The position numbers and the translations under genes are program-made. A stretch of 62,654 nt of DNA, the filler included, from Chrysochromulina tobinii (Eukaryota), in NCBI GenBank assembly GCA_001275005.1. It is 9 parts of 9 records of this genome, joined end to end, with 100 filler letters (N's around TTAATTAATTAA, not from the genome) between each part and the next. Parts side by side here need not be neighbours in the genome. Positions count along the whole stretch, not along the records: positions 32,155 to 36,119 come from JWZX01001051.1; positions 36,220 to 40,713 come from JWZX01001052.1; positions 40,814 to 52,701 come from JWZX01001053.1; 6 more parts are not named here. One strand, written 5' to 3'. The notes below the pieces were generated by a model. That model was given only the letters and a program-made list of their open reading frames with translations, was not told where the DNA came from and ran no database searches. Below, piece by piece: positions 33,192-42,576 of this stretch. The stretch's first letter is position 1; each line of letters starts with the position of its first letter.

Positions 33192-35076
33192 TCAAGTCAA
33201 AGCTAGCATGAAGGCTCTCATTAAGGCTCTCCCACCGAGGCTCATGAGGCCGGCAGGCAGCTCGATTGACGTCAATGAGGAGCAGCCAGAGAAGGCGCGC
33301 TCACCGAGGCTCGTGGGACCGGCAGGCAGCTTGATCGATGTCATCGAGGAGCAGCCAGAGAAGGCCTCCTTACCGAGGCTCGTGAGGCCTGCGGGCAGCT
33401 CAATCGACGTCATCGAGGAGCAGCCATAGAAGGCGTGACCACCAATGCTCGTGAGTCCAGCGGGGAGCGTGATCGACGTCAACGAGGAGCAGCCATTGAA
33501 GGCCTCCTCACCGAGGCTCGTGAGGCCGGCAGGCAGCTCGATCGACGTCAATGAGGAGCAGCCATGGAAGGCGCACCCACTGATGCTCGTGAGGCCTGCG
33601 GGCAGCTCGATCGACGTCATCGAGGAGCAGCCATAGAAGGCGCACCCACTGATGCTTGTGAGGCCGGCGGGCAGCTCGATCGACGTCATCGAGGAGCAGT
33701 GAGCGAAGGCGTCATCGCCGATGCTTGTGAGGCCGGAGGGCAGCTCGATCAACGTCAACGAAGAGCAGCCATCGAAGGTGAACCCACCGAGGCTCGTGAG
33801 GCCGGCGGGCAGTGCGATCGACGTCAACGAGGAGCAGTCACAGAAGGCGAAACTGCCGATGCTTGTGAGGCCGGCGGGCAGCTCAATCGACGTCAACGAG
33901 GAGCAGCCAAAGAAGGCACCCTCACCGAGGCTCGTGAGGCCGGCAGGCAGCGCGATCGACGTCATCGAGGAACAGCCCTCGAAGGCGCTCCTACCGATGC
34001 TCGTGAGGCCGGCGGGCAGCGCGATCGACGTCATCGACGTGTCGTCGCGGAACGCGTTCGCCGGCACGCGCGCCTCGCCGTCGCGCAGCACGCACGCGGC
34101 GAGCAGCACCTCCATCGACGCCTCGCCCTCGCCGCGGATGCACGCGCGCACCCCTGCCATCGGATACGGTTGCGTACCATCTTCATATTCTTCCGATCCA
34201 TCTGAAGACGCCACGCGCCTCAGCGTGGCCACGTCCACCTCGAAGCCGCCCAGCCCCGTCACCTTTGCCAGGTTGGGCAGCCAGCGCGACGCGTCGGCCG
34301 CGTCGGCGAAGAGGCGACCGGTGGTGCGGCTGTCCGAGAGGTCGAGCTCGGTCACCTCGACGAGGTTGCTCGTGAGCGGCAGGCCGATGCGTGCGCACAG
34401 CCGCGTGCACAGGACGCGCCGCGCCCGCGCGCGCCACGCGAGGCTCACGCCCTTGAGCGCGCGCAGCGTCGGAACGTCAGCGTCCGCGAGGGCGTCCTCG
34501 AGGGCGTCCTCGTTGACGAGCTGCGTCGAGAGCCAGCACACGGGCGCTGGCGGTGTGGGTGCGTCGGCCGCTCGCGGTGCCGTGGCGTCGTGCTGAGCGT
34601 CGTGCGTGTAAATCGGCTCCTTCGTCGCCACCTGCCGCTCCGCCTCGGTGGGGAAGTCGCTCGCGACACCCAGCAGCCGCCCGAGCTCCGGGCCACTCTT
34701 GCCGGCGAGGTGGCCGGTGCACAGGGAACGCGAGAGGAGGCGGCGAAGCTCGACGTCCACGTCGAGAAAGTGCGCGCCGTGCAACAGCTGCGCGAGGTGC
34801 GCGAGCGAGCACCCCTCCAACGCCCCGCCATTTTCCGCACCGCCCTCGGCGACGCGCGAGAGCGTGCGGAGCGCAGCCGCAGGCACCAGAGTGGCGAACG
34901 CCCCCTCGGCGCCGCCCGTGTCGCTCACCCAGTTGGCGAGCGCCGCCGATCGCGCCGCGGCCGAACGGGACCACAACCTCCTCGCCCTCGGCGCTTCGCG
35001 CCCTCACATCGCCGTCGTCGCCGTCGCCGCCGATGTCATCACCGCCGCCGGCGTCGGCGACCCGACATCGCTTCAT
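33192..35076 (-). CDS. Skp1-like, F-box-like and BspA-type (LRR_5) leucine-rich repeat protein; 2-nt frameshift near 34975
   Basis: About 12 repeats of 23 aa, S(L/M)TSIxLPAGLTS(I/L)GxxAFxxCS; upstream LLHGAHFLDV...LAGKSGPELGRLLGVASDFPTEAE resembles the Skp1 dimerisation domain; NEDALEDAL...LRALKGVSLAWRARA resembles an F-box. Confidence 0.75.
33231..34040 (-). repeat. 69-bp tandem array encoding BspA LRRs
   Basis: Recurring gaggagcagcc...gaaggc...gctcgtgaggccggc unit with 69-nt period. Confidence 0.92.
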
Positions 35077-35205
35077 CCTCGAGTAAACTTGGTCGCGTGT
35101 TTGACTTGAATTGCTGTTCATCAGAGCTACACAAGCAGCCTGGTGAGCGCGACAACCCAGGATCGGCGAGATCCAGCCCAAATGACCCAAAACCCAGATG
35201 GGCGC

Positions 35206-36119
35206 CTACGGCTGTTGGAGCAACGTCGCCCGAAGCCGAGTAAGAGCCCGCGAAGGAGGCGAATTAGCCACCATGCGGAGCGCCGCCCCCACATAGTCGT
35301 GGGGTCCCTCGGCGACCGGTGGCGCAACGGCCGGCGATCCCCCAGGCTGTAAGACGACCGGCGACGGCGACCCAATCACATCGTGCTCGTCGCCCATGTC
35401 GCCCGCCTCGTCCTCTTCCCCGGCCTCGAGCCGGAAAGCGTCGTCGCCCCCATCCCCGTCGAAATCATCGTCGACTGCCGCATCGAGCGCCTCCCCGTCG
35501 TCTTCGTCGGTGTGAGGCGGCGGCACGGTTTGCAGATTGATCATGTTCCGCGAGAGGTTAAAGACGGAGGCGAGGTTGAACCGAGAGTAGCGGGAGGCGT
35601 TGCCCGGCTTCCACCCGCCGTGGGCCTCGGCCAGATTAGGGTCCACCGCCGCCGCCAGATTCCAGCCCTCGACCCGGAGGCCATGGAGGCCATAGTCGGT
35701 GTCGTCGGGCGAGACACGGCGAAGGAGGTTCTTGAAGTCCCTCATGGCGGCCGTGTACGTGTACGGGCGCACCCGGTCCATCGCCATGAAGAAGGGGGAC
35801 GTCTCCGCCCGAGGTCCCGGGTAGAAGCCCATGAGGAGCCGATACCATTTGAAGGGGCTAAGAGCATGTCCCGGTAGATCGCCCACGAACGACCAGTCGG
35901 AGCCGCCTCTCGTCGCTTCACCTTGTGCGACGTCGAGGCGATGATCACCACGAGCTTCAGGCCGTTCGATGCGCCGGTCCTGCTTGATGGCCTTGAACCG
36001 GACCGCCAAGACGTAGACGCCGCTGACGCAACGAATGACAATGTCTCGCACCATCCAGTGCTTGGTGTCGTCCCACGCGTTCTTGCCCGTGAAGGCCTTG
36101 GGGCAGGGGCACTCCGATC
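35206..36119 (-). mobile_element. Tyrosine recombinase C-terminal fragment (DIRS/Ngaro- or Crypton-like element)
   Basis: VRFKAIKQD (catalytic Lys loop), YGLHGLRVEG (HxxR), AHGGWK...SRY (H/W and Tyr nucleophile). Confidence 0.75.
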
Positions 36120-36219
36120 NNNNNNNNNNNNNNNNNNNNNNNNNNNNNNNNNNNNNNNNNNNNTTAATTAATTAANNNNNNNNNNNNNNNNNNNNNNNNN
36201 NNNNNNNNNNNNNNNNNNN

Positions 36220-36845
36220 GGAGACGGCGGCTTCGACGTCTGGCTGGGTGGTGCTGTGGCAATCAGCTGCGCTGTCCTGGGGCTCACGCAAGCAAAAGTC
36301 CATCGCGCTGTCTTCCTGCGAGGCCGAAATCATCGCCCTCTCCGAGGCCGCCAAGGACGTTGTCTACCTGCGCAAGCTCATTCGCGGCCTTGGTGAGCCC
36401 GAACCCGGTCCTTCGACGCTCGCCACCGACTCCCAGAGCGCGCGTGACGTCTCTTACAACCCAGAGCACCATGATCGCATGAAGCACGTCCAACGACGGC
36501 ACTTCTTCATCCGCGACATGGTCGAATCCTTCGAGATCGAAGTGCCCTTCGTGCGCACCGCGGACAACATCGCCGACTTCTTCACGAAGCCGATGAAGTC
36601 CGCCAACCAATTCCACGCCTTCCGAAAAACTATTATGAACGAACTGTGATCCTACTGCCGCTTCGGGAGATAGTCTGCCCTTCCGTGTCACCCACGTCGA
36701 TCAGAGGGGGGGCGTCCGAACGCATCACGTAGTTCACAGTCCGGTGTTCGTTTCAGTAACGTACGGTAGGCGCGCTTTAGGATTCAAGTAGGCTCTGGAC
36801 CTCTTCATTCTCTCGCCGTGCGCTCCGACCGCACGCGCAACGACG
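36220..36845 (+). mobile_element. 3' end of a Ty1/Copia retrotransposon (RNase H, PPT, short 3' LTR)
   Basis: SWGSRKQKSIALSSCEAE, DSQSA, RMKHVQRRHFFIRD, NIADFFTKP (stop at 36649); PPT AGAGGGGGGG at 36703-36712; putative LTR 36713-36845. Confidence 0.9.
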
Positions 36846-36850
36846 GGCCC

Positions 36851-37674
36851 CAGGGATAGGTAATACACGGAAAAGATCAGAATATTATGTATTATACGTA
36901 TTATATTGTATTCTGTATTAATACGGTTCGTATTATTGGCCGACATAATACAGCGGACCGTTCACGTTCACGCGAAGCTGCGTCGTGCCGAGCAGCGCAG
37001 CAATGAACCCCGCTGAACCCCGTGACCACCCCAACCACCGTGACCGCGACGATGGCCGCAGCAGCTGAAACCCGGCGGCTGGACATGACAAGTGCCGACA
37101 AGCGCGCGAACGGGTCATGACAAGTGCCGAGAAGATGCCTGCCTACCTGTGGTGGGACGCCAACGGTGCGAGCTGCCCCGAGCTGCAGTGCGTGGCGCGT
37201 CTCGTCCTCGCCCAGCCTGCCTCGGCCTCGATCTGCGAACGCATCAACTCTGAGTTCGCGTTCATCAAGGACCCGCGGCGCAACAGGCTGCAGCACGACA
37301 AGGCAAACAAGCTCGTGGCCATCTTCCACAACCTCCGCCTCCTCGCACGCATGAACAAGCCCAATTACGTGGAGCCAGCCGTCGGATGGAACTGCGAGGA
37401 CAACCACGTGGGTGTCATCAAGTACGGCGTCGCGGACTACGAGCCCCGCAAGAATTCCACCCCAATCTCAGCGCCGAAGCGGCCAGCGCTCCTCCAACGA
37501 TGGCCGGAGGACGAGCCGCTGCAGCTCCAGCTGGACCAGGACGGCGAGCCGCTCATGTTGCTGATGTAACGGTAATACACCATAGGCGGGCCAGCCGAGC
37601 TGTATTATGTATTATACGTAGTATTATATTATATTTTTATATATTTTTATATGTATTATGTATACCTAACCCTG
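36851..37674 (+). mobile_element. Internally deleted non-autonomous hAT DNA transposon
   Basis: Imperfect TIRs CAGGGATAGGTAATACA and TGTATACCTAACCCTG; AT-rich subterminal repeat TATTATGTATTATACGTA at 36883 and 37603; hAT dimerisation-domain ORF 37117-37569 (WW...PELQCVARLVLAQPASASICERINS...RRNRL). Confidence 0.88.
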
Positions 37675-37816
37675 CTTGGCCCCCTCCAGAACGTCGCTCA
37701 GATTTTGGGGGATTTCGATTTTCCCTCGGTTGCGTTCGTTCTTTCATCAACGAAAACCAAAACGCAGGTCTGCAGGATTGGCCTCGTCACTGCCTCGTCA
37801 CGGCGCAGCCAAAAAA

Positions 37817-40713
37817 ATGCTGTCGAACCTGTACCCCCCTGGTCGTCCGCGCATGGGGGGCACTCCGGGAGTCTTCCTGATCATGATGGTGGGCTTCAGC
37901 AGCGCACAGTTCTTCACCGTCACCGGCCCATGCACCGTCGATCCCGCCGCCCCAAACTGCATTCGCTCGCCCAACCATCCGGCGAATTACCCCGTCAGCC
38001 TGACGTGCTCCATCACGCCGACTTCGCTCGCCATCGGAAGTAGCATGACAGCAACCGCCTTTTCAACGCAAACGCTTGACAGACTCAGCTTGCCCAACGC
38101 GGCAGGGACGCTCGTGCCCTTCAGCGGGCTAGGGTTACTTTTCGGACCTGCCAATTTCACGTTGGGCAATCGGTCGATCAGGTGGTTTTCGGACGCTGTC
38201 GCAACTGTTTCTACGGGCTGGCGAGTGTGCTCAAACCCGCCTGCGCCGCCGCCCAGCGCACAGTACTTCACCGTCTCCACCGGCCTTTGCACCGTCGATC
38301 CCTATGCCCCAAACTGCATTCTCTCGCCCAACTTTCCGTTCAATTACTTCACCGGAGCTGGATCCACCAGCATAACGTGCGACATCAGGCCGACTTCGCT
38401 CGCCATCGGAAGTAGCATGACAGCAACCTCCTTTTCAACGCAATTGAACTTTGACAGGCTCCGGTTGCCCAACACGGCAGGGGCGCTCGTGATCTTCACC
38501 GGGACACTGCTAACAAACGGACCTTCCGATTTCACGTTGGGCAATGGGTCGATCTTTTGGTCTTCGGACACTGTAACTGTTTCTACGGGCTGGCGAGTGT
38601 GCTCAAACCCGCCGCCGCCTCCTTCGCCTCCGAGGACTCCACCGCCGCCTCCGCTTCCGCCTCTCGCGCCGCCGCCCAGCGGAATGTACTACAACGTCTC
38701 CGCCGGCCTTTGCACCGTCGATCCCGCCGCCCCAAACTGCATTCGCTCGCCCAACTTTCCGGCGAATTACGCCGTCAGCCAGACGTGCTCCATCACGCCG
38801 ACTTCGCTCGCCATCGGAAGTAGCATGACAGCAACCGCCTTTTCAACGCAAACGCTTGACAGACTCAGCTTGCCCATCGCGGCAGGGACGCTCGTGCCCT
38901 TCAGCGGGCTAGGGTTACTTTTCGGACCCGCCAATTTCACGTTGGGCAATCGGTCGATCAGGTGGTTTTCGGACGCTGTCGCAACTGTTTCTACGGGCTG
39001 GCGAGTGTGCTCAAACCCGCCTGCGCCGCCGCCCAGCGCACAGTACTTCACCGTCTCCACCGGCCTTTGCACCGTCGATCCCTACGCCCCAAACTGCATT
39101 CGCTCGCCCAACTTTCCGTTCAATTACTTCACCGGTACATCATCCACCATTAATCCGGCGTGCACCATCACGCCGACTTCGCTCGCCATCGGAAGTAGCA
39201 TGACAGCCACCGCCTTTTCAACGGAGCTGAACTATGACTTTCTCAGAATGTATAACACGGTAGGGGCGCTCGTGCCCTTTACCGGGACACTGCTCTCAAA
39301 CGGACCTTCCGCTTTCACGTTGGGCACGGGGCCGATCCTGTGGTATTCGGACACTTCGGGTGTTAATACGGGCTGGCGAGTGTGCTCAAACCCGCCGCCG
39401 CCTCGTGCGCCGCCGCCTCGGCCTTTTCCGCCTTTTCCACCGCCTCCGCCTCGTGCGCCGAACTCACAGTACTTTACCGTCTCCACCGGCCCATGCACCG
39501 TGGATCCCGCCGCCCCCAACTGCATTCGCTCGCCCAACTTTCCGGCGAATTACGCCAACAGCCAGACGTGCTCCATCACGCCGTCTTCGCTCGCCCTCGG
39601 AAGTAGCATGACAGCCACCGCCTTTTCAACGGAGCTGAACTATGACTTTCTCAGAATGTATAACATGGCAGGGACGCTCGTGCCCTTCAGCGGGACACTG
39701 CTCTCAAACGGACCTTCCGCTTTCACGTTGGGCAAGGGGTCGATCACGTGGACTTCGGACAGTTCAGGTGTGTCTACGGGCTGGCGAGTGTGCTCAAACC
39801 CGCCTCCGCCTCCGACTCCGCCTCGTGCGCCGCCTCCGCCGCCTCCGCCTCGTGCGCCGCCGCCGCCGCCTCGCGCGCCGCCTCCGCCGCCGATGTCGCC
39901 TTTCCCGCCGATGTCGCCCCAGCTCGATCCGGGCGAGTGCGCTGTCGTCTACTACAAGGCCACAAACCCCGATGAGATTGGGATCGTGCTCTTCGATCAT
40001 CTCCTTCCCGGCGACACGATCTACATCACCGACAACTCCGTTGTTGGAGGGTGCAGCGAGAATTGCCACTGGGCCTCCGACGGTTATTGCGACGATGGTG
40101 GCCCCGGCGCCCAGTTTACAGATTGTGTCAGTGGCACCGACTGCACCGATTGCGGCGCCCGCCCTGTAACTTGGTCTAACACTGAGGGGCACATGATGTA
40201 TACGGCCCCCACGCGGAGGGGCCCCGGCACCGTCCTCAATATAAGCAACTTTGTGGCGGCCCCTAGCCCTAACCCCTTTGCATTGGCTTTGGACGGCGAC
40301 GAGCTCATCGTCTACCGGATTGGTCTGGGCCAAACCCGGGCCACCCCCACATTCCTATGCGGCCTCTGCAGCAAGAGTGCAGCGGTTAACGCTACAGCTC
40401 ACCCGTGCGGCTTTGACAACATCCCAGGAATCTCAAGCTACCCTCCGGGCGTCTGGAACTACTTCCACACTGCCACCCCGTCTGGCACTATTTCCTTCGC
40501 CGGTCAACAGAACCAGTGGATCTACAACTCGAGCGCGACGGGTGCGGCGGGGGGGTATGCCCCAACGTCGGGCTCCAGGGCTCAGCTGCTTGCTGCCATC
40601 AGCACCCGCGCCAACTGGTTCTTCAGCAACACACAGTTTTTACCCATTCAATCCGTCGTCCCCGCCAATGGGTATCGCATCACCAACCTCCCTCCGTCTT
40701 TGCCGCCCCCCCC
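37817..40713 (+). CDS. Secreted or cell-surface protein with five CUB-like repeats, polyproline linkers and a CDDGGPG Cys module (3' truncated)
   Basis: Five repeats of C-TVDP-APNCI-SPN-P-NY...C...W-SD...GWRVC; hydrophobic leader GVFLIMMVGFSSA; CHWASDGYCDDGGPGAQFTDCVSGTDCTDCG. Confidence 0.8.
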
Positions 40714-40813
40714 NNNNNNNNNNNNNNNNNNNNNNNNNNNNNNNNNNNNNNNNNNNNTTAATTAATTAANNNNNNNNNNNNNNNNNNNNNNNNNNNNNNN
40801 NNNNNNNNNNNNN

Positions 40814-41655
40814 CTGGTGGCGGCGACGGCGGTGGCGGTAGCTGGTGGTGGCGACCGGCGGTGGCGGTGGCGTGGGTGGGGCGATGGTGGTGGCGTGGGT
40901 GGCGGTGGTCCCGGCGGAGGCGGCGGCGACGGCGGTGGCGGTCCTGGTGGTGACGACGGCGGTGGCGGTGGCGTGGGTGGGGGCGATGGTGGTGGCGTGG
41001 GTGGTGGTGGTCCCGGCGGAGGCGGCGGCGGGGTCGGAATAGGAAGCGGGTTAGCTGAGAGGGGGAAGGATTGTCTCGCAGCGAGGAAAAGGCAATCAAC
41101 TACGTACTCAAGGTGAAGGTTGAAGAGGTATGTCTCATATTTTTCGAAGGAGAGATCGAGGAGGAGAGTATCACGCTCAAAGGCAGTCTCGCGTTCAAGG
41201 ATTTCGGGTTCGAAGAAGGAGAGTTCGGGGGACCATTCTTCAAACGGGTGCCAAAGTTCATCATGGGTGAGGAAGTGGAAAGGGGAGTAATCGCGCGAGG
41301 AAGGGTGGCTATGTGTATGTGGTGGGTTATCGTCGGGCCAGGGGGAGGGGGAGAGGGAGGGATCGTCGATGGAGTGGCGGAGGTACTCGGCCTCGTGATC
41401 ACACTCATAATCCTCAACTTGCATGGAGTCAGAACGGAGGAGGCAGTCACGGGCGGAGGCGTGGAAGGTAGAGATCTCGTGTTGATCGTCATCAACAAGG
41501 TCATCAAAGGATTTGGAATCATAGGGGAGTTGGAGGTGGTAGAGGTCAGGGCGGAGGCGTATGAATCGGGTGACGACAGAGAGGTGGAATTGTGCCTTCA
41601 CAGTACCCGGTATGAATATCCAAACATGGGACGGCATGGCGTCGTTCACAGCCAA
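40814..41655 (-). CDS. Hypothetical acidic/Pro-rich ORF, possibly transposon-derived
   Basis: Open frame of about 280 codons running into a PPPPGPPPP repeat; composition differs from neighbouring genes. Confidence 0.3.
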
Positions 41656-41705
41656 TGTTTAAAGTTCAACACCCAAGCGACAGTGTGCCGTAACCATCCG
41701 TAACC

Positions 41706-42533
41706 ATGCCTGGATTCCTGGGCCTTTGTCTCCCTCTCGTTCTTCGCGGAATCGTACCGCTCGACGGAACTGAGCAGGCTTTGGCCGTCAATTACGAGAG
41801 AGGTGACTTACCTGGCAGCCGCCCCGCCCCGCCAGGCCCCGCCCCGACCAGCTCATCCGAGCTGTGTGTGGTCTCGCACGGCACCGGCCCGCTCTACGGG
41901 AACAGCAGCATAGGAGCCTCTCTGTCGAAGAATAAGCAACGCTACTGTGACCAGCTAGGCTACCGTTGCATCTTGCTGAGTGGAAGCCGGCTCGACGCGA
42001 GCCGCGATGCCGTGTGGGACAAGATTTTGGCGATGCAGCTGGCGATGAGTACACATGCGTGCCGCAACTGGGCCATGTGGGTAGACTCGGATGTCGTCTT
42101 TGAGACTATGACGCCCATTCCGCTGGAGGGGCTGATCAATAGCTCGCTCGCTTTCTCGACTGCAAGGACTGGCTTGTGTAACGGCGTAATGCTCGTTCGG
42201 GCGGATGAGGTGGGCCAAGCCTTTCTGCAAGCTACGTGGAATCAAACCGCCTTCGCGGCACTCCATCGTGAGGCTGAGCAGTCCGCGATGCTGAATCTTC
42301 TCATCCATGAACCCCTATTCCGTGACCGCGCGACCATCCTCTCGAACTCTATGGTAAGCTATCCGGAAGGCTACGTGCATAAGCACACCGCGCTCAGCTT
42401 GCCGAACGTGCACGTCGAATGGCGTTCGGAAACGATTTTCAAGCTTCCAATGTTTCACGTAACGGGCAGTCGGCAAGTCAGAAGTGACCGCCTACATTGG
42501 TTTCAGCGCGCTTTAAATGCCTCTGAATTGTAA
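41706..42533 (+). CDS. GT34-family glycosyltransferase (GMA12/MNN10-like)
   Basis: KNKQRYCDQLGY, WDKIL, WVDSDVVF (DxD), LCNGVMLV, EQSAM; hydrophobic N-terminus. Confidence 0.8.
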   Translation: MPGFLGLCLPLVLRGIVPLDGTEQALAVNYERGDLPGSRPAPPGPAPTSSSELCVVSHGTGPLYGNSSIGASLSKNKQRYCDQLGYRCILLSGSRLDASRDAVWDKILAMQLAMSTHACRNWAMWVDSDVVFETMTPIPLEGLINSSLAFSTARTGLCNGVMLVRADEVGQAFLQATWNQTAFAALHREAEQSAMLNLLIHEPLFRDRATILSNSMVSYPEGYVHKHTALSLPNVHVEWRSETIFKLPMFHVTGSRQVRSDRLHWFQRALNASEL

Positions 42534-42576
42534 TAAGCTATACGAGCTGCTCTCAAGTCCCAGTCCGGTCACGGCC

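Noticed and set aside
33231..34040. CRISPR-like array or DGR template/variable repeat
   Set aside because: The 69-bp period is in-frame LRR coding sequence; there are no unique spacers, cas genes, nearby RT or evident adenine-specific variation.
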